Assembly (NCBI GenBank): GCA_000165425.1
Contig: CT868660.1
Location: forward strand, 372,001 to 436,000
DNA from: Paramecium tetraurelia
Taxonomy: Eukaryota
Length of the DNA stretch: 64,000 nucleotides
Reading direction: 5' to 3'
Shown: positions 1 to 13,121 of the stretch, piece after piece
Layout: every line of letters begins with the position of its first letter
Position numbering within the stretch: the first letter of the stretch is position 1
The notes under the pieces: generated by a model
Databases searched by the model: none
What the model saw: the letters and a program-made list of their open reading frames with translations, nothing else
Told to the model about the DNA's origin: nothing
Made by a program: the position numbers and the translations under genes

Positions 1-1816
1 GTGAGTCTTCTTAATCAAACTTATTTATTTAGTATTTCTCTTATTCGTTTAATTCGTTTACTAATTATTATTGTTAATCCTTAAATATCTAATTATGAAT
101 AAAATTCTAATTATTATTTTTAATCGCGTTATTAAAGAATAAATCCCCCCCCATTTAATCATTATGTTAATGGTAAATTAGGTCCTCTTAACATCCGTTC
201 TCCTAATATGTTTGGATTTTATCTACTTTTACTTCTTCATCTTCGATACTCTAAGTTTTTGTAACAATTTCTTACCTTTTTTTACCAAAAAATTATACTT
301 TTTCTCTTGTATTTTAGATTTGTTGAGTTATTTATGAATTTTAATTTCCTTATATTTCCTCTTATAAAAAATTTCTATCGTTTTAATTTTAAACTTTAAA
401 GTATTATGAGGTTAATGAAGCCTTAGCTGATTTGATTTATTAAAATTGAGATTGATCATCTTGGATTATAATTTCTAAAAATTTGGTGCTTGATGTATTC
501 TAAGATTATTTCTATAGAAAATTTACACTACTTTTTCTATAGGGGTTATCTGTTTTATGCGTTAGAATTAATTCACTAGTATCTCCATCAACCATCTCAT
601 TAAATTATATTTGACTCATAGCCTCATTACTTTGCAAGTCCTCCTAAATTGTGTGCAATCTTTCCCCTATCTAATTTGGATAAGTTTAAATTTCTTTCAA
701 TATCCGATATTCCTTTGTGTCTTCTGCAGATGATAATAAATTGACTTAATAATTAGCTTTATCCATTTAAATAGATTCAATCTAAGGCTAATATTTTGTT
801 TTCTAGTTATCAGAATCATCCTATAAGTTAATTTCTTAATTATCTACTTAATTGATATCTAGACCACATGATTAATGATCATCATCATTTTCTATTAATT
901 CTTGATCATCATTACTTAAATATTGCAGTTTTTCACTTGCTTAAATTAATTACTGGTTTACTAATTCTTATTGTTCTTCATCATTTTCAGTATAATGTTG
1001 CTCTGAGTAATTATTAGATTATTGCATTTAATCAAGTTAGTTTTAATCCTATTCAGACATGTCTTCATTTAGTGTTCCATCTATCTATTATCCTTCAGAT
1101 TAATCATTTACTAAATTTTCTTCAGTTTAATGACCATCATCTTAAAAGTCTTGCTATTGTATCAGATCTTTTTATTCTTGATCATTCAATTCCGCCTATT
1201 AATACAATTATTCTTGAGATTATTATTCTATTTAACTTTATTAGGAACTTAATTTTTATTTTGTTATTAGTATATCCTTGTTTGATGGAGATGGTTTACG
1301 ACTTGATGAATTAGAATTTAGTGACTTATTTAATTTATTAAAACTAGATGAACGATAAACCAACTAGTTTATTCCCTTTTTTAGAACAGAAATTTATTTT
1401 TATGATCCATCTTTTGGCTATTATGATTAATTTGTTATCAGAGTCTATTTTATCTTAGAATCACTTAGATTTTGTGGCTTCCCATCATTTTATTTTTGAG
1501 TTTTCTGCTTTAATGATGTTTTATTCGTAATTTTGCTTGGGGCTTTTAATACTGCTTATTCAATCATTTATGATGGAGACGTTTCTTTGCTTGCTATTCT
1601 CCTTTATGAAAGATTAAGGATTTTTGAACTAGACGATGTTCTACTATTCTATGTTGACTTATGCAAAGGTTTTATAAGAGTTGTAGTCGACCCCTTACTT
1701 ACATTTTTAGTTGAATTTTCTCTACTCAATTTTAAAGGGTTGGAGGAATCATTAGATGGTTATGAAATCTTTTAATGTGATTCTGGTTTAGAACTTTTAG
1801 AGGAAGCCTTTAGCAT
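1..1816 (-). CDS. Hypothetical low-complexity Q/N/E/K/S-rich protein, 3' end outside the window
   Basis: ATG at 1816 (MLKASSKSSKPESHQK...); both ends read TGA-free in the ciliate code and the frame runs past position 1; middle not fully traced. Confidence 0.7.
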
Positions 1817-1858
1817 TGTTAATAATTTTTATAAACTTTCAATATATTAATAATTTGC

Positions 1859-3285
1859 TCAATAATACCTTTAGGATGAATATGCTTGATTTGAAAACTG
1901 AGTATTAAAATTAGGATATGCTGCTTATAATTATTGGTATGGCTATAGAGTTTAAGAATAACCTTAATATTTATTAGGTGAAATTAACTAGGCTTATTTA
2001 AATGGCTATTGTCCATAAACTTATTATTATTATTACGGGTATCCAGAGTAAAATGAAGGATTCTAAACTTACTAAATAGGAACCTATTACAAAGGCATTT
2101 TTTATTATTATTAATAACCATATGATAACTCTAATCCAGGCTATTGTTACATCTTTGGAGGTTCTGGTTTTTCTTTGAGTTAATTTAGTTAAATTTGTTC
2201 CTAAATTCTAGAAGTTTGTTGTGGCAGTTAGGAATTTTGTGATTTTACAGTTAAAACCCGGTTAGATATTATTTCAGGAGTTGCAAGCTTATGAATATCA
2301 AGAAATTCTGGCAGATCTTTATGGACCACATTAACTATCTAAGCAATTTGCTAGCTTAAATTTGAACTAATGGTTTATTTGATAAATAATATACGATTCT
2401 ATGGAATCAAAGTTTATCTATGATTAGGCTTCTTTAAATCTGGATGAAAATGATTAAGCTGTCTCTATATATTATAAATTATCCTCTTTAGTTGTAGATA
2501 GCAGATAGGGTAGTAGAGAATACATGCAATCTGGTTATTTTAATTTGTCTAAGAAATTTATATGAGAGATAAATCTTGCATTTAATACTTAAGTAAAGGA
2601 TTTTCCATCACGATCGAAGTTATCAAAGTTCTTTCTTTATTTGTTCTCCAATTCAATCTCCAAAGCATGGAAATACTATTCCACTATATTCAATATTCTA
2701 TTTTTGGCTTCCTTTAATTTTTACACTGTTTCCTAAGTGTATGATAAGGCTTAAGAGATTGATTTTTAAATATCTAAGTATGCATATACCAATTAATTTG
2801 CTTTAGTTATTCTTTCTAAAATTACCTTGTTAGCAGACTTCCTTGTGAACATCAGTTAAAATATTCTCCAAGCATTCCAACTTAGGATAAGACCTGTATT
2901 CTGAATGCTCGTAAACGTGTTCTTTCACACACTCAGGACATAGTGGCAATAAGCATTCCCTGCATTTACAAAAATTAGTAAATGTCTATCCCTAATGATT
3001 AAAACAGTTTATCTAAGTCTTATTCCATACATACTTTTGGCATATTCTAAACTGTAAATGTAAAGGGGGTTGTTCTATCTTATAAATTATCCTCATGATG
3101 TTATTGATATTGAGGATTCTATTGTTGCTGGAAAATGGATTATTAATTCTATTATTTTTCTAATTGTTTTTCCTATTTTACTTGTTTTATGATACCTATT
3201 AAAATCTTGAGGATTCCATCAATTCTGGCTCATAGTCTTGCTAATTGTATAAAGCATTCTTTTAACCCAATGATGTTTCGGACAT
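1859..3285 (-). CDS. B-box zinc-finger / coiled-coil protein with Q/P/Y-rich tail
   Basis: After removing tiny introns reads INCFNHQGQTFTNFCKCRECLLPLCPECVKEHVYEH (B-box pattern); stop TGA at 1859-1861. Confidence 0.75.
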
Positions 3286-3334
3286 GACAGTTAAAATAAT
3301 TAATAAAAGTTTTGAATAAATAAATTAATTGTCA

Positions 3335-6300
3335 TCAACATACATGCTAAGGTGCTTATTCTATATACTTTGGTTTGAACTTGTAAGTCTCCTTTATTGC
3401 CTATTGAAATTATTCCTAATTCAAAATTAAATCTGATGTTTTCTAAGCAAATGTGTCCTATTCTCTTAAAACTTCCATTGGAATTGATGCACCTTCTTTA
3501 AAAAGTTACAAAGACAATTTCGAATTTCTAGCCTTGAAGAAAATCAAAAAATATTTCATTAGATCAGATTTTGATATCTTTTCCAAAGCCAAAATTGTGC
3601 ATTCTCTCTAAGTAAAATAATATGAACCATCTCTAATTGAATTCCAGATAATCTCAGCCTATTGCTCTAATGTATTAGGAACCTACTGCAATTGCTTTTG
3701 GATTGCCTACTTGATGCTAATATTATGTAAGATTCAGAAATACCCATCAAAATCCTTGTCAGGAAGTCTATTCAAAAAGGATTCAAAATATCCCAATGAC
3801 TCCTCAATATAAAAGTCTATTTCTTCTGGATCGTAAGAATTGCTTTGAACTATTATAACAATGGAATCAATGTGGTTCACTTATATCAAAGAAACATCCA
3901 CTGCAAATCCTAATTACAATTAATTAAATAGATAATCTTCAATATGAAATTTCATAAGTCTTTACAATAGTCTCATATACACATATTATACTAAACTTGG
4001 ATCAGATCCCTAATAAAGATTCAAAGTGACTATGCTCTCAGATTTTAACTTAGCTAACCTATATGTAATAGCCCTTTTTGATAATTTATATGTTTCTTCA
4101 GTAAAAAATGATTTGCTCTTGCTCTATACTTTTGGCATAATTGATTCAAACAATTATTTTGAATAATCAGTATCTATGTTCCCATAAAGCAGGATATCAA
4201 ATCGCTAATTTTCCCATAATTTCTTTAGGGTTTCTTGTATTTTCTCAAATTTAACATCATATTTATGTTATTAAAATTCTTATGAATTAGTTAAAATTTA
4301 TTTAGCATAAAACAAGGCTTTCTCAATAGTTGTAGTATTCTTCTCCCAATATCTATCTTAATATTCCAAGTTCTCCAAATACCATTAAAAGTCATCCTTA
4401 TTAATAGTGAAAGCTTCTTAATAATTTTTCATGACTTGCTTAGCAATTTCTTCTATTTATTAAGTGAAACATTAAACGATAATTTCAATTTATCCAACAC
4501 CAATATCTATTTAAAAAGAAGCAACATGAAATCCTTAAGGAATCTTGAAATTCAATTTAACAATCTCTTTTGCTATGAAGTTTTCACCTAGACTTTCAAA
4601 ATCTAAAAATCTAGCTAAAACCCTAAATTGCACTTTGGGAACACCATTTGTTGTATCTTAAATATGCCATAAATTTCCTGCTTAAGTAGTTATCAATAAC
4701 TCAGGATATTTAAAATTTTTCTTTTTTTTCTTTACACTTTAACTATCAGGAGATTAAGGTAGCAATTCAAATATTGTTGGGATATGAGAATCATCAACTA
4801 TTTTTAGCTCTGTATCCTTGATAGCTATAAGCTTTTGAACTGTATTAGCTGATATTCCAGCTTCAAAAGAACGCAATCCAAAAAGTTGGTGATAAGAGAA
4901 ATTCTCGATTTCTGGTATTGAATATCCCTTATCAATATCATAATCTTATTCTGTTTAGATGACATCATCTGGTTCAACAATGAATTCTTCTTCTTCTGAT
5001 AAGTCAATTGGGTGATCTCTATCAATAATTGGATCACTTATTTCATCTTCATAGACTCTATATCTTTTTTTGACTCTGCCTTTGAATACTTTTTTCTTTT
5101 CTTCTACACAGTGCGATTGTTCTACAAACGAGTTTCCAAATTTCATGAATCCCATGTCAGCTTAATAAGAATCATAGAAATTGTCCAACAATATTACAGT
5201 CATATTTTATGGTTCCATCTATTATAAAACATGAGATATGGCAGCCTTGTCATATTTCTTAAGTAATTTATTTTATAAAATATCCTTTGAAAAGTATTGC
5301 TTTAAATTAGATGATAATTATATGATATTCTCAATATCATAATTAGAATATTAAAAATTAATTTCTTGCATCAAAAGTAGATGATCCCAATATTCTTCTA
5401 AGTTATCTTATTGCTTTAAGTAATTGATTCTCTTGTATAAGGAAGTGAGAATCTCATCAATCTTGGTTTGCTTTGGTAGATGAAGAAATATTTTGAATAT
5501 TGCAAATTCCTTAGGTATTTCCTTTAATGTATAATAGCATTTAAAGGCTAGTTTCTTTTCAAACATTTCATCACAAAAGTTTTTTTCAAATTGTTTCATG
5601 AGCATGAGGATTACAAACTCCAATGATTTTGTTAAATGGTTATTTTCAATATCAAAATCAAACTCAATCCTCAACTCTTTGACTTTGCTTTGAATATAAA
5701 AAAACCTTTAGTTCTTCAAAGGCAATCCAAACTATTTATATGTAATTTTTTGTAATTATTTATCAACACATCCATTGAAATACTCAAATAATAATTCAGT
5801 GACTCTCTTTTTCAGTTCTTCATTGGTGTAAATCACAATGGATAATCTATTGGCTGAATATTTGGATCGATAAAATTTCTTAGCCTCAATATAAGGGTTT
5901 TTTCCTTCATCCTCAGGAATTTCAAATAGAGTCTTTAAATTCCCTGTGTAAAATTAACTGTATGGATGTCTGCTTTTGGAAATTAATTATTATGAATAAT
6001 CAAATAATTCCATACTCTTCCATTAAGCATGAAGATTCTATAGCACTCTATCCATTTACTGTTTAGTGAATAGTGGATCAATGAATAATCTAGAGATCAC
6101 ATCTAAAAGTGAGAAAAACGCATCATTCTAAACTTGCGCATAATAAATGCTTTCGTGTTCATTGATAATTCTTGTTTATTTTCCTGCGTTTAACATGATA
6201 ATCTTTCTCAATAGATCAGCTTATGGATATTTTTAAGAGGTTTACAACAATTATTAGATGTAATTACTCATTCCCTAAAAATCTTTGGGATCATTCATAT

Positions 6301-6538
6301 AACCAGTTTCTTCTTTCAATGCAACAGCACTAAGCTCAGTTCTATTGGATGTTATAACCATAACATGAATTTAGTTTGGTAATGTAAATATTTTATAATT
6401 TCTATGATCGCATTGGGCTTTGCTTACTTAAGGGTAGATATTTTATCTGCTATATTGCTAATTAACAACAAATAACCCAATTCCAGTAGATATAGAGAGT
6501 GCTGCTACTGAAAGTAAATAAAATACTACAGGATGCAT
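3335..6538 (-). CDS. Insulinase/pitrilysin (peptidase M16A)-like protein with N-terminal hydrophobic segment; zinc motif degenerate
   Basis: 3204-nt span (multiple of 3); DHRNYKIFTLPNQIHVMVI, GYMNDP, KYP, FIDPLF and HPYSQFYTGNLKTL match IDE/pitrilysin motifs; HxxEH position reads NYIQQ. Confidence 0.85.
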
Positions 6539-6625
6539 AATCTAATTATATGTTTAAAATAATAATGGAAATAGGAAAAAACTATAATATCTGTATTTAG
6601 ACACTTTAATGTTTGCAATAATTTA

Positions 6626-9600
6626 TCATATAATTGTAAACTATAACTCCTCAAAAGCCTTCTTGTGACTTTCCTATTTGATATGCTGATTGTAAGCCTA
6701 TTCATTTCCTTCGAAATATCCTTTCTCATCATATCTTTACTCTGCATAGCAACATTTGCATGTAAATGTCAAATTCTACACTTTTCGCTATTAAACAGCC
6801 TAAAAATTAATATAAATTTAATACCTGATTTTCTTTCTTTTTGATCTCATCAATAGTTAACTTTCTAAATATAAATTTCTCCTCCTCCATACTAGTGTAT
6901 ACTAATTTCAATTTTTAATCTATGATATAGAATTTCTAAATATCTCCTATCTGCACTATCTCTTTAAACTGCTTAATCTTTGGATAGAAACCAATAATAT
7001 GTTTACCAGAATTACATGTAATGAACACATAATTGATTGGCTCAAAAATCAGTTTGAGTTTTTCAAAAATGCTCTAGATTCTTTGATCCGACAGAAACTC
7101 TTTAATTTAATCCACCTTCATTGAGATATTGAAATAATCACCAAATGAACTCACGTCCAAAATCATAACCATTCTCTTAGCCCATTCCAAGGATTCATTA
7201 TCCAATTGTCTTCTAATATCAGGGTCTTCAGATATATATGATAATCCAATAGTTCTACCAACAGTCATATAATCATTGCATTCCAAACAACAAATCTGAG
7301 TGGTGTTACCCATTCTTAAAAAGAAATTCTATTTCTTTATAGTATTGACTATGTTTTATTTCCAAGTCTGGTATAATTATTGAATTTGAACATATATTTT
7401 AATTCCCTCGTTATCAAATTGCTTAGGTACTTCAGAATCATAATCTGTTCGTATTATTTAGATTGGATTCATATAATCTAAACTATCAGCCTTCTGTTCT
7501 TCCAATTCAAAGTGTTAGATTCTCTTTCTTTTCTACTTATTTTCACTTGATTCTTAAAATGATAGGATGTCATCTTTCAATTCAATATCAAATAATTATT
7601 TCCATCTTTCATCGGAAGTATATAATATCCTCTATCTCACTTTATCCAACTATCGTATTTTTTACCAAATTCCACTATCTGTATAACTCTATTCTAAAAT
7701 CTATAATTTTATTTATTGTCTTATTGAATTAATGGTTTACAAGTCATCCTCAGTGATAAAATAATCAAATTAGTAGTCTCTGTCATCAACCTTTGCCTTT
7801 ATGAAGTGTGTCTTAGTGTTATTATGAAAGAGTTTCACCTGTACTCCAAAAAGCATAGCCAATATTTATGACCATAACAAATACTTATTTTAATCTATTG
7901 ATATCACTTGTCTAGTGGAATTCCTTTTATTTGAATCTTTCTCCTGTACTTCATAAGCTACCAGCATCTTGTTTTAGTCTAATGAAACAAAATTTATGCT
8001 ATCAGGATCACAATTGATTTCTTTATGCTAATGAATCAATCTACAATAGCATCCGTAGAATATCAAAGATTAAGTTGTTTCTACAAAATTAATGATATCG
8101 ACTTGGTTACTCATTGTGAATGTTTCCCATGGTATCCTTTAAGGTTATTTCCTAGCTGATTATCTTTTCATTAATTCACATTCATGCATAAGCCTTTTTA
8201 ATACACATTTCAGTTTTGTTAAGTCCACCTCTTTAAACTCAATTATAATTGTATTATTTAATAGAATAACACTTTTGACCCAATTCTTAGTAAATTTTGA
8301 TTTTGCTTTGATTTCAGTTAGCAATTACAAGTCTGACCTAAAGTGGAATCTTGGTAATCCCTATCTGCCTTAAGCTTACTCATCATGATATGCTAATATA
8401 TCTTTTAATTGATCTTCTAATCTTTTTTAAGATCTATCTAATTAATGGAAGTCACAAAATTGTTCCATTATCATTGCAATCTTCTCTTTTATCATTTCTT
8501 TGTTCTATAGTGAGACTCCATCAAATTTAATATTATCACTTTCAAACATGATTGTGCGAGTGTAATCAAATCCTTAATCTTTCAAATACTTAATTTTTTT
8601 ATCAAATCTCTCATCCTTTTATAATCTAAAAGTATTTTATTTAAAGGCAGCACAAAAGGCACTCTTAATTTTAAGTTAATTTTCTGGATTATTCAAATCA
8701 AGAGGTTCATTTTTAAATTACTAATCCAACCTCATAAATAATTCATATTTCACATTTAATATTTCCCTCATGTTTTTTGGATCAATTGATCTCTATTCAC
8801 AATATAGTTTCTCTAAAGGTACAATATTTCTATTAGTAAATCTTTTCAATTCCCTCTTTAATTCATGTTAAGAAATTGTAGACTTAAGGATATTAAAAAA
8901 CTTAATTTCCCATTCCTAATAAACTCTTAATTATATAAGTAGATCATCTTCATTGCCTTTATCATATAGATATAAGGAATTGAAGAACAACTTTTAAGAT
9001 CTCATAAAATGATGTAAAAAGTAGTTTTTCCTTTAACTCAATATGGCAGCTATGGTGACACCTTCATAAGCACATCCAATTATGTTACAATACATAATGA
9101 ATCTTGTTAAGAAGATATCAATTGGCATGTCACTCATCATTTATCCCAACCTAGTTATATGGATAGTAGAATCATGATTATTTGGATAAGATAAGGCTCC
9201 TAGCATTTAAAGGTTGGAAATGGCATTTTCAATTTATTTAGTACTTGGAGGGTCAATGGCAGTTTTGAGGGTTCGACTGGGATCATAGAAAATCTACTTT
9301 AAATCGACTACAGTATTAAGCTCCAATTTTTCAGTTTTATTTTGATTATCCATAGATAGTTGATACAATTTCTTTAGTCTCAATATGATAATTTCCAAGG
9401 GACACCTTAACATTTCACAAACAGAATATTGAGTCATTTTTTGTCTAAAGATGCTTTAAGGTATCAAACGAAAACAAGTTCCTGGGAATAAACGTCCAGT
9501 TCTTCCCTTTCTTTAATCTGCAGATGCTTTAGAACAGTATTATAATGCTAGTTTTTCAGTGAGATTTTTGGGATTGTAAATAATTTCTTTAGTTAAACAG

Positions 9601-11069
9601 AAATCAATAACGAATCTGCAATCAGGAACAGTAATACTACTTTCAGCCACATTTGTACTCAATATTAATCTTCTTTTTCTTTTTTGGATGTCATCAAAAT
9701 CTTTAGGAATAGTGACAGTGCTATGCAGTATGACGATGATAAATCTCTCTTCTCCAAACTTCTAATAGATTTCTTCTCTGATATCCATAATTTCTTAATA
9801 TCCAGGAAGGAATATCAAGACAGCCCCAGCTCCTTGCATACCTTGAGTATCTTTAATTTTATTGGAATCCAGGAATTCTAGTATTTATAACATGGCTGAG
9901 ACACTATCCTATTGAATTTTAGGAGAATCTTAAAAGTATAATGAAGTTTGGAATCTCAAAGGTTGATGAGGTTCTACTTTAGCTGTGTCAGCATCATTGA
10001 AAAATGAATGTATTTCTTCCAAATAATAAGTTTCAATAGGATATTTCTAAGACATGGGAACTTTAATAATAGGTGCAGGCTGATCTTCATCTCCATCCAA
10101 GAAATGTTATCCTACTTCTCTTAATTCATTCTACTTCTACTCTAATTCCCTTTATTCTTAGGTCAATTTAACTTATCTCTCCATGTCTTTCCAAGCTTGA
10201 CCCCATGAAGTAGAAATATCATGATCTTCTTCCCCTTCAAATTTGATGGCTATTTCTACATCATTTTCATATGTCATTTCTGTATATTTGTATTTTCTAT
10301 CTACTCTTTGTATATATGTTAGATCATCAACCTAATTAATTGATTTTTAAGAAAAGTAGTTTGCAAATTTGTCACTGCAGATGGTTGCAGACATTAAAAT
10401 CAACTTCGTATCTTTGAAATGTTTCAATAGATTTTTGATAATGATTAGACAAAAATCTATATCGATGTCTCTTTCATGAACTTCATCCATTATTATGTGT
10501 GTATAATCTCTCAAGACTCCTTCTCTGTCATGTACTAATTTTTATAGGAAAATTCCTGTGGTTACAAATTAGATTTAGGTTTGTCTTGAACTTATTTGTG
10601 AATCCATCCCAACCTAATAACCAACAAGAGTGCCTAGTTGACAATCCAATTCCAAGGCCACTCTCTTGGCCAATGATTTGGCTGCCAATCTTCTTGGTTA
10701 AGTACATAAGATATTAACTGTTCTGGGAGTCTCAAATTCTGTATTAGTATGATGTCTCAGGATCATCTATGGTACTTGAGTTGACTTGCCACAACCTGTA
10801 CCTCCTGTGATCACAATTACTTGATTATTCTACATTTCCTCCAAAATTTTATGACTCACATTATAGATTGGTAAATTCTTTCGATCTTTTTCTGTCAATG
10901 GCTTTATTGTTCTTTTTCGTAAATGGGATATTTATTGAATTTGAACTTCTTGTTGTTATTGCAATGGAATATAATCCCCAAGATCATCATTTTAGATTCT
11001 CACTTTTTTCTGTATAATGTCTTCTCCTTAAGTTTCCTTCTTTATTAACATTTCCTCGTCCATTTACAT
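6626..11069 (-). CDS. DExH-box (RHA family) RNA helicase, Spindle-E/TDRD9-like, with C-terminal zinc-binding motifs
   Basis: GGTGCGKSTQVPQ, TQPRR, GYQVG, DEVHER, MSATI, STNVAESSITVPD, VIDFCLTK, QRKGRTGR; C-terminal DSIN..MLVA..LAMLF..FD...EDD...IN.IR resembles the TDRD9 C-terminus. Confidence 0.9.
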
Positions 11070-11168
11070 CTATTATTATTTTTTTAATTGCTTTTTTTTT
11101 GCTTCAAAAAAGGTATCAAATATTTATTTTATACCCAAATATTTAGTAATAAAATATTTTAATATAAT

Positions 11169-12551
11169 TCAATTCTCAAATATATGAATAGCCGAATAAG
11201 ATTTGTTATTCCCTACTTCCTTAAATTTTGCATCCAAATCTTCCAACTTCAAATACTTCTATTCCAAGGTCTGTTGGTTTTCCATATTTTCTTCAATATC
11301 ATCAAAATCAATGGTTTCAATCTATTTCAACACTTCAATATGAGGTTGACTAGCAATAATCTTTTGAGGAGCTGGTTTAGCCTAGATTGATATAGCCTCC
11401 TAGAAGGAAGGCACATACTTCACCGCATTAGAAGATTAAGAACCTAAAATCATCCATTTATACCCATATATGATTGCTTCTTTGTATTTTGTCTTTACTA
11501 TTAATCTCCTAGTCCATTGGGGACAACTAAAAACGAACTTTGTTATTTATTCTCTCCAATTTTATCTTATTATTGTTATGATTATTTTTCTGTCCATTCA
11601 AATTAATTATCATATGTATTAATTTCTGAACATTTTCTCATAATTTTTTTCAGTAATTCATAATCTGGTTGATCTTCGTATTTTAATCCCTTTAGGTAAC
11701 TAATTCCTATATTACAACACTTACTTCAAATATTCAGCAAACGCTGGAGGTAATTCTTTGCACAGAGCTTATATAGAAGTAGCTATTTTCACTTCTCCGA
11801 CAGCAACAGTCCTGTCCTTGTCACCAATATTCTATAGGTTTTACCAAGGCAGTTTTCCTCAATCAGTTAATTTCTTTACCCAAGAATCAGATAAATTATA
11901 ACGTACATCAAGGATTCCAGATCGTCCTTTCTTCCAATCTCAAATCCCTTATGTGCTGCAACCGAGGCATATCTAGCTGTCCCTATAAAGGATTTCTTGT
12001 CTTTGAACGGTCTATAACATAACCACTAATTAGTATTACATATGCTTTCCCTTGTCGAATATTTGTTTTGAAACCCCAAAATCAACTAAAAATGCCTATG
12101 ATGTATTGGTCTTGCCCATCATAATATTTTCAGGTTTAAGATCTCTATGAACTATTCCCCTTTAATGTACACAATTAAAAATTGTTATCAATTATTCCAA
12201 CAACTATAATCCGCTCTTAAGTGATAGTTATTTATATGTTTTTCCATAATAGCCTAAGTCTTTTCCAAGTAGTTCAATAACCATCACATTGTAGCATTGC
12301 TCTCGACCAAACCAAAACAATTTTGTTACACCAAGTATGCCTTGTAATTTTGTTAGCAAATAGACTTCCCTATCCAATGTCTCTTATTATCCTTTTTCCA
12401 ATTTCACAGCCACTTCCTCTCTTGTCACCTTGTGGATTGCCAAATACACAACACCAAATGAACCTGAACTTAATTACTCTTTGACTATGTATTTGTTGTC
12501 AAATATTTTGGGTTCTAAATAACTACTTGGTAATTTGGGTAATTTCTTCAT
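11169..12551 (-). CDS. Casein kinase 1 family Ser/Thr kinase
   Basis: SGSFGVVY, HRDLKPEN, FIGTARYAS, RKDDLES, LPWQ; several tiny introns; one apparent extra base at 11879-11881. Confidence 0.9.
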
Positions 12552-12567
12552 TATAATAATAATTTTT

Positions 12568-13060
12568 ATGCATTAAGGATCATTCATCACTAACACTCCT
12601 CTCGAATAATTGGATGATTTTAGGAAAGAAGTCAGAGGCAAAATGAACCATATGATTGACTAACCGAAAAAAGTATATTCTCAATCATCCAATCTATAAC
12701 AATTGCTAAGACAGAGCATCTCTCCGAAACAAGTCAAAAATTATGAACTCAATAAATCCCAAGATCCTCCCCATCACATTAATCAAATCTCAAGCAGATT
12801 ATCCTTTCAAAGATCCAGTCTAGACTTAGGAAAACCAACATAGAAGTATATTCATTACTATACCATTTAGCATACTCTACCCCAAAAAATAATTATAAGA
12901 CATACTACCATTAAATAAAATATTAGAATTGCAACGGGCTATCAACAATTATAATCACCCTACGAACAATAGGTATTTATTTTTTCATAGATTTAGTTAT
13001 TTTATAGAACTTAAAAAACTTGCCAAAATTGTCTTAAGGGAAACTTAAGGATGAGTTATA
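12568..13060 (+). CDS. Hypothetical protein, 3' structure uncertain
   Basis: ATG at 12568 opens a TGA-free frame of about 135 codons (MHQGSFITNTPLEQLDDFRKEVRGK...); last exon ambiguous. Confidence 0.45.
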
Positions 13061-13121
13061 TAAAATGCATAATAATTACTTTTAATTTCTTTGCCTTTTT
13101 TTTATTAATTTTAACAGTAAA

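Noticed and set aside
3332..3337. Tandem TGA TGA as selenocysteine or readthrough signal
   Set aside because: It is simply the gene end; no conserved downstream coding sequence or SECIS recognised.
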